Both the position numbers and the translations under genes were made by a program. A DNA stretch of 64,000 nt. Origin: Felis catus (Eukaryota). The stretch covers positions 40,736,001 through 40,800,000 of the forward strand of contig NC_058368.1 of assembly GCF_018350175.1 (NCBI RefSeq), in the 5' to 3' direction. Below, one piece after another: positions 14,479 through 28,179 of the stretch. Numbering within the stretch: position 1 is the first letter of the stretch; each line of letters starts with the position of its first letter. The notes below the pieces were generated by a model. It had not been told where the DNA came from, did no database searches, and was given only the letters and a program-made list of their open reading frames with translations.

Positions 14479-15222
14479 AAACCTTAGTACCCAGATTTTG
14501 GTGTTTGCATTAGATATGTGCCAAAAAAAAGGCAAGTATTTCAATGTTAAATATCAGTCTATATTTTAATCTGTTCGCCAGAATTTCAGGCACTGAAAAG
14601 TCCAAAGCATTTCATGCAAATCAGTGGCATGCATAGCATTTATTATAATAATTTAACTGAAAATTTTATTGCTTAAATTTTTTTTTGCTATTTTTTCCAA
14701 AGACTATAATTTATTTAAACTACCCTCTCCCTTAAGTTTTAGGGGTATTGTTCTGAATCTCTGGATGATGGATCACATGGTGACACATTTCATGGTGATG
14801 AGTCAGGCAGAGGGAATTTTTCTGAAATTTTACCAGCTGACTTGCATATCACAAAGACTTCAAATATGTGTTAGAAGAATTAACAATACATTACAAAGTT
14901 ACTTTTGCAGCCTTATTAAATACTGTTCTACCTGAAATTATTGCTTAAGATTTCATAGTTGCTCTTGAGAAGAGATTATGACAGACTGAAAAACAGCAGG
15001 CACTATTCTGATCTTCGAAGAGTGTAGTTTAGTACTTTTTTATCAAATAAACTTTATTAAATTTTTAATGATATAGGTTTAGAAATTATATAGGTTTGTA
15101 AATAAATCATAGAAAGATTGTATGCACCTAACTAAAGGAACAACAAATTCTAGTTTATAAATTTCATTTTACAAATTTAGTTTGGCTCGAAAGTGTCTTC
15201 ACATATAATATATAGACTTGTG

Positions 15223-15224
<2 letters not shown>

Positions 15225-15261
<37 letters not shown>
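15225..15261. repeat. (CA)n microsatellite
   Basis: Direct reading. Confidence 0.97.
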
Positions 15262-15263
<2 letters not shown>

Positions 15264-15965
15264 CACCCAAATTAAGGATGAGACTTAATCAAAACACTCC
15301 ATGTTCTAAGAAACAATACAGTGCAAGAATTGATATATATATGGGTTATATTTTTATTCAGCTATTATCCTATTACATTAGTTATAAAATGATTTAGCCA
15401 TTCACACAGCCCGCATTTATATTATTCATAATACTTATAATGTTTAGTAACCTATTTTCATGATATCATATTCAGGAAATATGTGTTGACAAAGATAAAC
15501 TGAAAATTGAAAATAATTCCTGCAAAGATATGGTCAAATATAATGTTATTTGTCAAAGAAACATTGAATGTACCTCTTTCCATGGCCAAACTTAGTCTTC
15601 ATTGCACCTTATACCAGCCTTATATAAAACAGGAATTAAACCCATTAGTTCATCTCAGGGAAGAATGCAAAGTTTGTGGTTTTCTATGGTGATTTTTGGA
15701 GCAATATGTGTGGTATGGATCTCAATCTCAATTGATTGGTAATCCGTATTGCCAATTTATATATCAAAGGCATAATTTGCAAATTCAGAATTAAATACTT
15801 TCATTAGATGATAAATGGAAGGGATGCTTAAATATGGACATATAACATTAAAAATAACAAAAATAACTATTTTTAGCGAAATAAAATGAATGATTTTACT
15901 GAATTTATTCTGAATTAGGTTAACTTTATGCATGGCTACTTGTAGCCAAAAGTAAATTAATGTAT

Positions 15966-16525
15966 TATCAAAGCTAAAGTTGCACTGGACAAAGTTAAAT
16001 AGGCAAAGATGACTTTATTTGTGGCTATTACAGCAGAGAAAGACCAGAACTAAGACTAAGCTTAACTCCATTGAAAACAGGGGCTAGAACATTTTTAAGT
16101 GCCATGAGTGAGCTCATGCAGCATACTGGAAGAAAGTACTGGATGGGGAGGTTGATCAATGGGATGTGTCCAGCACATTGAGTTAGTACTGAGTTTGCAA
16201 ATGTTTTTCTCTGTGATTGCGCCACTTGTGTTTGCTAATTGGCACTAATCTACCTACAGAGACTGGGAGATAGGAATACTATCTTCTTTGATGGACACAT
16301 TTCAAAGGGCTGGCTTCCAGATTCTTAAGAAAGATATTCCTGGCTTATAAAACTGGCAAAAGCTTTTTAAAAAAAATTACATCTTAAAGGAGAAGAGAAA
16401 GAATTTATAATTATAAATTTACTAAAGTAAGTGTTTTAAGAAAAAAAAGGTCAGGGGCTTAGAGTGAGGAAAATTCCAGTCTAAATTTAGTCAAGCTGAG
16501 GGAAACTTTAAGGCCATCTTGGTTA
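15966..16525 (-). mobile_element. ERV1 solo LTR, MER31/MER67 family
   Basis: On - strand begins taaccaagatggccttaaagtttccctcagcttgactaaatttagac and ends aataaagtcatctttgcctatttaactttgtccagtgcaactttagctttgata, matching recalled MER31/67 termini. Confidence 0.8.
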
Positions 16526-18332
16526 ATATCTTAGGAAATCCAAGAATGAAGTTTGAATTTTATAAGCCTTTTATTTTACATCAAAGATTCAGTTAGATCC
16601 AAAAGTTTAATGTGCAAACAGTTATTATCCAGGCATAGAGTCTTACTTAATGCAAAATTTTATTAGGCTTAACCATAAAATACAGCATAATGAACATATT
16701 TTCTGATTCAATGAGTATGTTTATTGAGTATCTGGAATAAGATTAGCAATGCTAGTTCTTCCTTGCTCCAAGTGGGTGCCCACTATAGCTAAAACATGAG
16801 GAGCATATGCATGATTTAGATTGTGTTGAAAGGAAAGATCTTACAAAATAGAAAAATATATATTAATTTTAAACTTGTCTATTCCAATGTGTGATATCAT
16901 GACTGCACATAGAAGATCTGGATATTGCATACCTAACTAACATTGAGCGCTTTTCTACTGGCATGTAGGATTTTTGAAAATCTGATATTCTGTGTCACAA
17001 TGTATATATGGTAGAGAGTAGCATAAATCTATCATATTAGTAGATGTAAAGGGTTTGTCTGTATACATGCATAATTCCAGGTACTCCTCACCAAATCCTA
17101 TGAAATTAGGCTTGTCCTTGTTATTTAGCAAATGAAGTAATTAAGCTCTGAGTTCTACTTCCAGCACCATGCAGCTTTTAACAGCATTAAGATGAAAAAC
17201 AAAACCTATTTAAATCCTATATCTGTACTTTTTTCACCATAGGAGATGGTCCACAATGATTTGTCCCTTCACGAACAATAAAGATTCATTCACTTCATTG
17301 CTTTAAGATTGAAAATCAACTCTGTGAAATGAAATGCTGACATTGTTGACAAGAAAATGTCCAGTTTTAGATACCATTTTTTTCTAACTCTTCATCTGTT
17401 AGCTTGAAAAACAGTGACTTAAGCAGAACTCAGAAAACGAAGGCTTGACACACAGTTCTGTGTTCAGATTCCTAACTTACGAGTCCTTTGTATCAGAGCC
17501 ATCACACCATAATCATTGGAATTACTTTCCATTTGTTTCTATGTTTCCTGAAAAAGCCCCTCTACTGTACCAAACACATAGAGAGGAAATTGAACAAGAT
17601 TATTTGTCTAACTTAAACCCCGATATGGAGAAATCCATCTCAACAGTGCCTAGTAGTCACGTACGTCATGGTTTCTCAAAGTGCATATGAACAGTGTTCA
17701 ATTGCAGCATGCTTTACTATAATATTGATTTATGAAAATATAAATATAGTTGTATGTTCTTATCATCTGAAAACACTATTACATATTAGATTCTCTTAAA
17801 TGTAGCACAGTGGCACAGAATTCAGGTTTTACCTTCCCAAAAGACATGATTTTTGGATATACTAGTGATGTAAAATTCTCTACCATTTAATCATTCAGCA
17901 AATAATTTGTTTGTAATCAAATTAAGTATCATTCTCATCAATGCTGTCAATAAAAATGTTAGTCATAATGTCACAGGCTATAGCTGCTAAAATAAATTTC
18001 AAAAGCCACTAGATATTCCTGTAACATTTGTCTTTAAAAACATTTTTTTTCATATGCAGTTTCATAAAATACAACAGACCATACAAAAGAATTAACGATG
18101 AATGTTTTAGTAGGATTAAGAGTTTAAGATATTTGGTTGTGCCATGTAATAATTGCAGTCATGAAGTAATTTGCCTGTGTATGCAGTACATAAGTTATGG
18201 AAACATATGTAGACCATATTATGGTATTATACAGGAACTACGCTGAGAATCCCTCAAAAACATTGAAGTAAAACTGATGTAGGCTCAGAGATGAACTTAG
18301 AGTCTAGACCAAAGAATAAATATGCTGTCATT

Positions 18333-18541
18333 AAAAAATTTTTTTCTTTATTTTGAGAGAGAGTGAGAGCACAAGTCGGGCAGGGGCCGGGAGCGAGGGA
18401 GGGAGAGAGAGAATCCGAAGCAGGCTCCAGGCTGTCAGTACATAGAGCCCGACAGGGGGCTCAATCTCACAAATTGTAAGATCATTAATTGAGCCGAAAT
18501 CAAGAGTTGAATGCTTAAATGACTGAGCCCCCGGGCACCCC
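18333..18541 (-). mobile_element. Can-SINE
   Basis: Reverse SINE body. TSD taaatatgctgtcatt / taaatctgctgtcatt. Confidence 0.93.
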
Positions 18542-21500
18542 TAAATCTGCTGTCATTTTAAAGTGACCAGTTGATTTCCAAACCCCTTTGGTGATTACTG
18601 TCCAAAGAGAGAAGGTAGAGTCAGAGTCCACTTTCTAGTAAAGTATTTCTATTAATGGGAAGCAATTTTAAAAGCCTAGGAAAAATAGTAAGTTACCAGA
18701 TATCATAAAAAACATTAACTATGAAGTAAACAAAACAGTAGTAAAAACTAGCATAGAATTAAAAAAAAAAGTGCCCAGATGATTTGCTTTACAAACACAG
18801 TAATTTTCAGAACTTCAGCAGTGAAGAAATGTGAACATGACAAAAATTTCTTAACCAAATTCAGTATTAAGTTGTATATGCCTGTTTGGCAATGATTACT
18901 TGAACATAAAAGATCTTTGTCTCTGTTTTTGATTGATATAATTGTTATAGGTATCCAAATGTTCTCTGCTGATAAGATCTGTGAATTATTTAATCTCTAA
19001 AACCAACAGCAACATGAGAAGTGGAGCCTTTCTATTTGCATCCACAATTTTCTAATCTAAATATTGACTTAAAACCTTATGGACCCCAGTCTCTCATCAT
19101 TATTGTAAATAAGTAAAACCTAATCAATAATGGTGAAATCACAGGAAATTAAAATGAGATCTGTCCTGAATTGTGCCCTACATTTGACAAATTCTGATCG
19201 ATATGTTCTGGGGCTAGCTATTTTGAGACAAAAGACTGCCATTTATAGTCTCTGGAAGTAATCTATTTGCTTAAATGACAACTTTTAAAGCTTTCAAAAC
19301 CAAAACCTTACAATAGCTAAAACAAGCTGCTTCTAAACTTTGAATTTATGTGAATTTGAAATAGTCAGTTTGGAAATGATAAAATGAACATCAAATAACT
19401 TTTGATCCTTACAGAGCATCGGCCTAAAATTCATAATTAAAATTATTTTCATCTTTTAGATTGATCTCTTCCTGCATATATTTATATATTTTCTATATTT
19501 AATTGGAATGTTTTTTTTAACCAAGAATAACCCAAGTTACAAAATTTGAATTTTGTGAGTTGTCTGTCTTTGTAGAAAAATAGCTTGATTCCCCCAAATA
19601 CAATAAAGAATTATGTTTCAAAAAAAGAGAGAAAGAGAGAAAAAGAGATAGATAATGCTATTTTTATATAGATTATTGAACTGCAACTCAAATTCTTATT
19701 TTCCGAATTATTAAAACAGTTATGGAATATCTTAGTTCAAAATGTCTTTTCTGTAGTTTTATTTAAATACTTCAGATTCTCCTATTTTTCATAAAGATCT
19801 CCTGGTGGATCAACATTGCTTTCTTCCAAATTTATTTAATACAGAAATTCAAGCCAAATAGTATTCATAAATATTCTACATACTTCAGGCAGTTAAGTCC
19901 CTTTCATTATAATAAAATTCAGCAAAGACTTTACAACATATACAGAAAAGATATTGAGGCAGATGATAGGCAGTCACAATAAAAAAACACCCCAAAGATA
20001 GAACACCCAAAGAACTCGTAGTCTAATATTGAGGATAAGGTGTGAATAAATTATTCTTTTCCATTTGATATAGTAAATTAAATAAAGAAAATACATAGTA
20101 AATGTAAACAGAAAAAAAGTGATTGACTTTCTCAGGAAGAGGATATCTGCTGGATTTTGGAAAGGGCTCACTAATGTGAGAAAAAAAAAAACATTATCAG
20201 AAGAGGCAATAGCATGCTTAGAAAAAGAGAGGCATGAAAATTAATGTGGCATATTCAGGGGATGCATATATAAAAGTGGCAGAATTACAGGTGGCCTTAT
20301 AGAAAGTAGAGGATGATTGATAGGCAGGTAATAAGGGAAATTATACTTGCAACCTCAAGAGAAGGTTGCACTTCTCTTGCACTGAAGATTTTAAGCTTGC
20401 AATAGACATGGTAGAATTCATAGTTTAATAAAAACATGTCTATTAAGTTATAGAGAACAGATTATTGGAAGGAAAATAAAGTTGATGTGATAGATAAGGT
20501 AAGTGCTCACCAAACCTGGTTCATCTTTCTTTCTCAGGCACATGGAAGGAGTCTTAGCCTGTCTTGTGTCTAGTTCTGGCAGATAGGATCTGAAAGAGGT
20601 TAAGACCACATGTGATATCTGCCCACTCTTCTCTGATGAAGAACACTCTAAAGCTCCATGTCCTTCATGTGGAAGGAATAAGTGCAAAAGCCCTAAGATG
20701 GATTTTAAAGATACAGATACAAGAAACTGCATCAAGGCCAATATGAGAATTGCAGGGAATAAAGGGGAGATGGGTAGGAAATGAGGTCAGAGTATAAGCC
20801 AAGGGCCTTATCATATGGGTCCTACAAACCTTGACATGAACTTTGTGTGATAGGTGAAGTAAGAATGACGGTACTTGCTTAGACATGACAGGAACTTGAA
20901 TGTGTTAAAGCCACTAAGTATTTATGTCAGCTTTCTCCTTATTTTCTTCTCCCCAAAAAGTTTGTTTCCCGTGTTCGAAAGTTTTTGCCACCTCTGCTTC
21001 ACCATTGAGTCATTTCTCAAAGTTGCATATACGTTCAGTTTGCAGAATTGTAAAATTATTTCTCGGAAGTTACCTGAAGCGTTATAGCTGCAAAATGCCA
21101 TAAACTTCTTGTCCTCAACCTCTCCACATTATTGGAAACCGATGATCTGCTTCGACCTGGTATTCTTTTTTTCTGGGCCATTGTGATAATTACCACTTAT
21201 TATCTTTTCCATAATCTGATATTTTTCTCCCTGCTCATTCTACCTCCAAAACTTCTATCATTTTTCCTTGTTATTTTTCTTATATTTTCTGGAACTTTCA
21301 TAATATGAACAAATAAATGGTCAACATCAAACAGATAAAAATTTCAGATTTATAAACCTATTTATTTTTTTGAGCTCCAAGAAATATTTCCAAATAGGTA
21401 AGGAGTAATCCCCCTACTTCATACTACAATATATTTGAAATTAAATCACTTTGACATTCATTCTCCCAGTGTGCTCCCAGACGCCCGAACTTTCTACTTT

Positions 21501-21688
21501 GGCTGTGCCATGTTTTAAAATAATCTACAATTAAATCTTGCTGAAAGTTTTAAAAAATCTTATCAGTGAGATTTTTTGTTGCATAAAAAGAAAAACAACA
21601 TTTATAGTTAGTTAATAGTGGATTTCAAATTTTTGCATAACTCATAAAACATAATTGCAGCTATATTACCTCAAAAATGATCAGGTAA

Positions 21689-22187
21689 TGTGTTATTTCT
21701 CTCTTGATGCTACAACTAATTACCACAAACGTAGTGGCTTAAAACAACACAAGTTTATTATCTTATATTTCTGGAGGTCAGAAGTCTGAAATGTGTCTTT
21801 GTGGGCTAATATCAAGGTACTTGCAGGGTTACATTGCTTTTTGGTGGCTTTAGCGAAGAAGTGATTTCCTTGCTTTTTCCAGCATCTGGAACTTTCCTGT
21901 ATTCCTTGCCTCAGGGTTCCATTCTTCTGCCTTCTAAGCCACAACTTCCAGCCAAGTTATTTCTCACACTGCCCTCTTTGGTTTACTATGTCTGCTTCTT
22001 TCACTTACACATCAGGACCCTGGGCCCACTGGGATGATCCAAGAGTCTCTCTGCATTTCAAAGTTATTTTATTAGAAACTGTAATTCCACCTACAGCCTT
22101 AATTCCTCTTATCCATAAAACCTAATATAGTCACAACTTCCAGGGATTAAAGGTGGACAGTTGGGGATCATTATTTTGCATATCACA
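21689..22187 (-). mobile_element. MaLR MLT1-type solo LTR (MLT1D-like)
   Basis: aattaccacaaacgtagtggcttaaaacaacacaagtttattatctta...ttctggaggtcagaagtctgaaat. TG...CA ends. Flanks ggtaa / gataa. Confidence 0.85.
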
Positions 22188-22880
22188 GATAAATATATTC
22201 TTTTAAATATTAGGACACATTTAGAAATGAAACTCTCCTTAAACTTCACTAAGATTATATGGTACAGAAAATAGTTCAAGTGTTTATGAGAAGGTTATGC
22301 ACACTATTATATATTTAATTTAAAACTAGGAGAAAAAAACAAGGCAGTATTCGAACACAAGTTTAGGTTCTTTTTCTAGAATCCAAATCGTTTAGTAGAA
22401 GAACTTTAAACTTTCTCAGCACCTTTTATTATTATTTGTACTTCAAAATTATTATTACTGGGTGTTTTTTTTTTTTGGTATTTTGAAGGTTTGCCTTTGT
22501 TCCACTTTATGTAACCCACTCAGGAATAGAATCTAGAAATTACTTTTCCAGTTAGATGGCTAGATACCGATATTTCACAGCTCAATATTTTAAACATGGG
22601 TGATAGAACTATTTCTAGAAGCCATAAAAATCTTATATTAAAAAATAGTTTTCTGAAAAATAATTTTAAAATATTCAATGGAAATATATCTTAGGGAATG
22701 TAGAGGAAAATAAAACTGAAAGCATATTTGTCATAATGGTATGGCAGCAAATGGATTTCTGTCAAATATAGTAATTCTACTTAAAAATAATAGCATCCTG
22801 TAAAATACTAAGAAAATACATTTAAAACACTGAAAAGTGAAATTTATTGATAATGCATGAGTGCATGATTATATGCGTTT

Positions 22881-22912
<32 letters not shown>

Positions 22913-23460
22913 TATACATATATATTATTAGGTGTACTGAGGAGCTTTATGTACAGTAAAATTTACCTTTTTTGTATGCAAATCTATAGATTTTTAATAC
23001 ACAAACACAGTTGTGTCATCAGAATCAACATACAGTATTCTCGTTTCTCCAAAGTGGTCCCTGTTTTCCTTGGTAGCCAGTCTCCTAACTGTACCACAAG
23101 CTCCTGAAAATTACTGATCTGTTGATTGAATATGTAATTTTGCCTTTTTCAGAATGTCACGTAAGTGCAATATGGCATTCTTAATCTGATGTCTTTCACT
23201 TAGCATATTGCCTTGGAGAATCTTTCATAGTGTTACATTTATCAGTAGTTCATTAGTTTTTTATTGCTGAGTAATATTCCATTGTATGAATGCACCACAC
23301 TTTGCTTCACCAGTTGAAGGAATTTGAGTTGTATTCATGATCAGGTCATTATGAATTAAGCTGCCATAAACGTTGTACAGAGATTTTTTATGAACATTTA
23401 TCTTCATTTAATAGGATAACTAAGAGGAGAATTGCTAAGACACAAGGCAAGTGCATTTTA

Positions 23461-23690
23461 ATTTAATTAATTAATTTATTTTTTAATTTCTTTGTGTTTA
23501 TTTTTGAGAGAGTGAGAGACAGAGCACGAGCAGGGGAGGGTCAGAGAGAGAGGGAGACACAGAATCTGAAGCAGGATCCAGGCTCGAAGCTGTCAGCACA
23601 AAGCTTGACACGGGGCTTGACCCACGAATGGTGAGATCATGACCTGAGCTTAAGTCGGATGCTCAACAGACTGAGCGACCCAGGTGCCCC
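23461..23690 (-). mobile_element. Can-SINE (SINEC_Fc-type)
   Basis: Ends gactgagcgacccaggtgcccc. TSD aagtgcatttta on both sides. Confidence 0.95.
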
Positions 23691-23723
23691 AAGTGCATTT
23701 TAGCTTTAATAAGAAACTTCTAA

Positions 23724-23942
23724 GGGTGCCTGGGTGGCTCAGTCAGTTAAGCGTCGGACTCTTGGTTTCAGCCCAGGTTATGATCTCAGGGTTTGTGGAT
23801 ATGAGACCCCTGTCAGGTTCTGCAATGACACCATGAAGCCTGCTTGGGATTTTTTTCTCTCCCGCTCTCTCTGCCCCTTGCCCTACTTGCTCACTCTGTG
23901 TCTCTCTCAAAATAAGTAAATAAACAAACAAACAACAAAAAA
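23724..23942 (+). mobile_element. Can-SINE (older subfamily)
   Basis: Head gggtgcctgggtggctcagtcagttaagcg. TSD aagaaacttctaa / aaaaaacttctaa. Confidence 0.93.
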
Positions 23943-26007
23943 AAAAACTTCTAAAGTGTTTTCCAAAGTGGCAGTAGCATTTTGCATTTCCAGAGTAGTA
24001 TTTGAGTTATAGTTTCTCTTCATTTTTGTTGCTATGGTTACCTTCTTTGCATGTTGTCTTACGTGTTTCCTGGAGACTAGGCACCAGTGGAGGATTTTCT
24101 CAATTTCAGACCTCCACTCGACATTTAACCATGTTGGATGGCTTTGCCCTATCCTTCAGCAATAAAATGATGTTGTTCGCAGTACTTGTATAGTTCCTAG
24201 TGAAGGCAAGGGTGTTTCCTGATTATTCTACTCAGAGCTCAGTATTAGGGATGCCCTTTGTTTCAGGTCTTCTGTATTAGAGTTTTCTTAGATTCTTGCC
24301 CCTCCTTCCTATGGCAGCCAAACTCTGCTTTGTGTCTGCTCTTGATGTTGGGCAGTCATTTCCTACCTTTTCTCTTATCTTTCAAAATCTATTCTTGATA
24401 AATGTATAGGATCTTGGTCCCAAAATGATTACTTGACCATTTTCTAGGGTAGAACTTTTTCTTTTATGCTTACGTCAGTGGCATTCTTGATCTCATTGCC
24501 AGAAGTGCAAGTTTTAAATCCTCTCTTGAGGCACCTTAAATTTTTGCTTTCAAAGAAAGTCCAAGGAACAATTTTATACCTGACCCCCATAGCCAATAAT
24601 CACATTTCTCCTGACTTTATCACCCAGGGCTCTCCAACACTATATTCTCCAACACTATACCCATTTTTTCTCATGAACTCCAGGTAGAGGGCCACTGAAA
24701 AAGAAGTTGCAAATGAGTGCAGACCCCCTTTGTGTCTAGCATCCTGTTTCTTTCAAACTGACATACTAGTGGATTATGATTTTGGCGGTCTGCACAAGCT
24801 TTAGTTAATTTCTCCTTATCTTGGATGGCAGCCAGATCCTCTTCCTCTCATCTTGTACTACAGGTAAGATAGTTTACGTGTTTTATTCTCCTCAGAGGTT
24901 CTGTCCCTCTTTGAAACTCAGATTCCTCAGTTGACTCCTAATGTTAGCTCTCTTGGTGGGCTCATAATAAGTTATAATCTGTAGTTTACACCCAATTTTC
25001 TTATTGGGTTGTGAGGTTCTTTAGAGTTTTCTTTATCTCAGAATAAAACAAAACTTTTGTTAAAGACTTCAAAAGCCTGTGAAATGAGGAACTATATTTT
25101 GGGGGGATTGTAAAGCTGTATTGATTTAAGTGGACATCTTTGTGAGAAATGATATCCAATGTTCTTTTTTACTTTTGAATATTGAAATTTTAAACATATA
25201 AAAATGTATAGTAGTACCAAGAAACAATCAAGTGTTTCCAATAATCACTAACACATGATCAATCATGGATATATCTCTACCTCTCACCATGTTACCCATA
25301 TACACACCAGACACTGTCATCTATAGATTCCATGATGATTCAGCTAATATGTATTCTAATATCTCTCACTGGACATTTTAACCTCCCTGTACACTTCTCA
25401 AGACTGAGTCTTCATCCAGTAGAAAATGGTTACGTAAAAGAATGGTAAATGAGGTAACAAGGATTCCCTTCATTCTCTTTGGACAACATACTTGCCACTT
25501 TCCCAGTTTCCCATACAGGGAAAAGACCTTGTCTGTTGCTACTGCTGATACAGGAATGCAGTTTAGGACTGGCGCATTATGTAAGGGACAGGCCCTAGAG
25601 AGGAAAAAAAAACAGAAAACAAAAAATTGTCTGCATTTTCTCCACTCCACCAACCAGGTTCTCTGACACTTTGTTTCCTCCTAAATATTATTATTTCAAT
25701 AATATATTTATTATATACTCAACTCTTCTAAATTTAAACTTTATTCTCCAGATCTGGTTATTTTAGCTACTACCTTTATATGCTTCCAAATCCCTTGCTT
25801 CCTTACAGTCAGTTAATAAACCATAACAATGGTAATGGTAATATCCTCCTTTCTACCTACATATTTTGACCCGGTTGTTAGCATAGACAACTTTTCAGGG
25901 TGCTTTAAAGAAAATCTGGGCCCCTCATTTATTTAATAAAAGACATACTTTCTCACCTACTTAAAGACGTTGCTCCAAGAAACTCCAAGAGTTTCTCTCT
26001 CTCTCTC

Positions 26008-26232
26008 TTTTTTTTTTTAATTTTTTTTTCAACGTTTATTTATCTTTGGGACAGAGAGAGACAGAGCATGAACCGGGGAGGGGCAGAGAGAGAGGGAGAC
26101 ACAGAATCGGAAACAGCCTCCAGGCTCTGAGCCATCAGCCCAGAGCCTGATGCGGGGCTCGAACTCACGGACCACGAGATCGTGACCTGGCTGAAGTCGG
26201 ACGCTCAACCGACTGCGCCACCCAGGCGCCCC
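26008..26232 (-). mobile_element. Young Can-SINE (SINEC_Fc)
   Basis: CpG-rich, long T tail, ends gactgcgccacccaggcgcccc. TSD tctctctctttt. Confidence 0.96.
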
Positions 26233-26636
26233 TCTCTCTCTTTTATATTATGTATTTTTCATTTTCTTGTGATCATTCCCTCCAGTCAGAAAACTTTCTT
26301 TTATTCTTTCCTTCTTTAATCAACGAAAAGAAAAAGAACGAAGACTATATCTTTTGTGAGCTACTGACTTCTATTTTTAGTAGTACAAACTCCTCAAAAG
26401 AGTTGTTTATATGCACTGCCTCGGATGTCCCTCCCCCCATTTATTTTTAACCTACTTCTACCAGGATTTTGTCCATATTATTCAACAGACATTGCTCTTG
26501 TTCAAGTCAATAGTTATATCCACATTGGTAAATTTAGTGATTAGTTCTCAGTCCTCTCTTATCTAATCTATTTTTAGCTTTTGAAACAATTGATTTCTTT
26601 CTCTTCCTTAATATATTTTCTCTTACTGGTTTCCAT

Positions 26637-26812
26637 TTGGGGCCTTCTTCAGTAGAATGAGGCCTGTGCAGTCATGCAGGCCCCTGAACTTAGAAGGATT
26701 CTGCCTTTAGCTTAATGTTCTGCTGTCTCTGTCTTGAAAATTTAAACAATTTTTTAACAGGGGCTGCACAGTTTTATTTTGAGCTAGACCACAGCTTAGG
26801 TCACCAGTCCTG
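26637..26812. mobile_element. MER91-type hAT DNA transposon
   Basis: cctgtgcagtcatgcaggcccctgaacttagaagg...ttaatgttctgctgtctctgtcttgaaa...aacaggggc...ccagtcctg matches the recalled MER91A. Confidence 0.7.
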
Positions 26813-27432
26813 CTTCCTGTACACTGCACACTGTTTTTCTCCTGCCTTTCTGATTGCTGTGTCTCTTATTTCACATTTTTCTTTCATTCTTGGATCTTTG
26901 TCTCCTCTATCCACAGTCAGTTCCTTGATTATCTCATTTATTTTTATTAATATCACCTATTTGCTGACAATTTCAAAATGTATATTTCTAAATTAGGCAG
27001 ATTACTGTGCCAATCTCCAGATGTGTATAACTGTCTATTCAACCTTTCAAGGTCAACATCTGAAATTGAAAGCATGGCCTTTCAGCTCCACCCTGCTCTA
27101 TCCACACACAGCCTTTCTCATCTGAGTTGACAGAGACTCTAGCCTTCTAGTTGTTCATTTACTTATATCCTTACACTTCCCACATTTTTGTCAGGGAATA
27201 ACGTTGCGTTTACCTTCAAAGGGTATTTAGAACCCTTTTGGTCATTCCACATAAGGCAATCACTCTTGTCTGAGCTACCATGATTTTGCACTTGATTACT
27301 GCAGTAGTTTTCCAAAAGGTCCAAATCTTTCTCTTTTTGCTGTCCCACAGTCTTTTCTCAACAGAACAGTTAACTTCTTTATTATGTTAATCAGTTCAAA
27401 TCACATATTATGACTTAAAAAGGCTTACAAGA

Positions 27433-27643
27433 GGGGTGCCTGGGGGGCGCCTGGGTGCCTCAGATGGTCCAGCATCTGACTTTGGCTCAGGTCATGATCT
27501 TATGGTTCGTGAGTTCAAGGCCCTCTTTGGGCTCTGTGCTGACAACTTGGAGCCTGGAGCCTATTTTGGATTTTGTGTCTCCCTCTCTCTCTGCCCCCGC
27601 TCATTCTCTCTCTCTCTCTCAAAAATAAACGTTAAAAAAAAAA
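27433..27643 (+). mobile_element. Can-SINE with duplicated head (first of tandem pair)
   Basis: ggggtgcctgg-ggggcgcctggg start, (CT)n, A-tail. Confidence 0.92.
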
Positions 27644-27647
27644 GGCT

Positions 27648-27869
27648 GGGGGTACCTGAGTGGCTCAGTCAGTTAAGTATCTGACTTTGGCTCAGGTCAT
27701 GATCTCACAGTTCATGAGTTCGAGCCCTGCATTGAGCTCTGTGCTGACAGCTCAGAGCTTGGAGCCTACTTCAGATTCTTTGACTCCCTCTCTCTGCCTT
27801 CCCTTCATTGCTCACACTTTGTCATTCTCTCTCTCTCTTTCTCTCAAAAATAAACATTAAAAAAAAAAA
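27648..27869 (+). mobile_element. Can-SINE (second of tandem pair)
   Basis: Head gggggtacctgagtggctcag. Flanked by aaaaaggct on both sides. Confidence 0.93.
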
Positions 27870-28179
27870 GGCTTACATGATTTGGTCTCCAATTATCTGT
27901 CTAGCATCATTTTCCCTGCTCTTTCTGAGACATACCAGTTATGTTCAAATTTCTGCCTCTTTGTTCTAGTGCTCTCCTCTTCCAGAAACACTTTCTTTTA
28001 GATATATACCTAGCTAATCTATTGCCACCTTTAAGAAATTGTTCATATTTCAACTTTGCAATGAGGAAGTGACCACCTTATTTAAGACTTTATCTTGACT
28101 ACCTTGCATTCCATTTTTCTCTTACTTTATTTTCTATTGTGTGTCTCTTTCTGTCTCTCTGTCTCTCTTTCCTTTTCAT

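Larger units (their letters stand above)
22930..24000 (-). mobile_element. Ancient L1M 3' region hosting two SINEs
   Basis: ttttgccttttt cagaatgtca..ctttcacttagcata..ttttattgctgagtaatattccattgtatg, and ttttccaaagtggc..cattttgcatttcc continuing after the SINEs. Confidence 0.75.
26300..28110 (+). mobile_element. L2 LINE remnant interrupted by MER91 and two SINEs
   Basis: attgctcttgttcaagtcaa...ttctcagtcctctcttatctaatcta...gcttttgaaacaattgat (decayed L2 RT segment) followed by typical L2 3' region. Confidence 0.65.

Noticed and set aside
20930..21200. CpG-containing segment with a short minus-strand ORF (MAQKKRIPGRSR...)
   Set aside because: It resembles a decayed L2 fragment. The ORF is short and stops.
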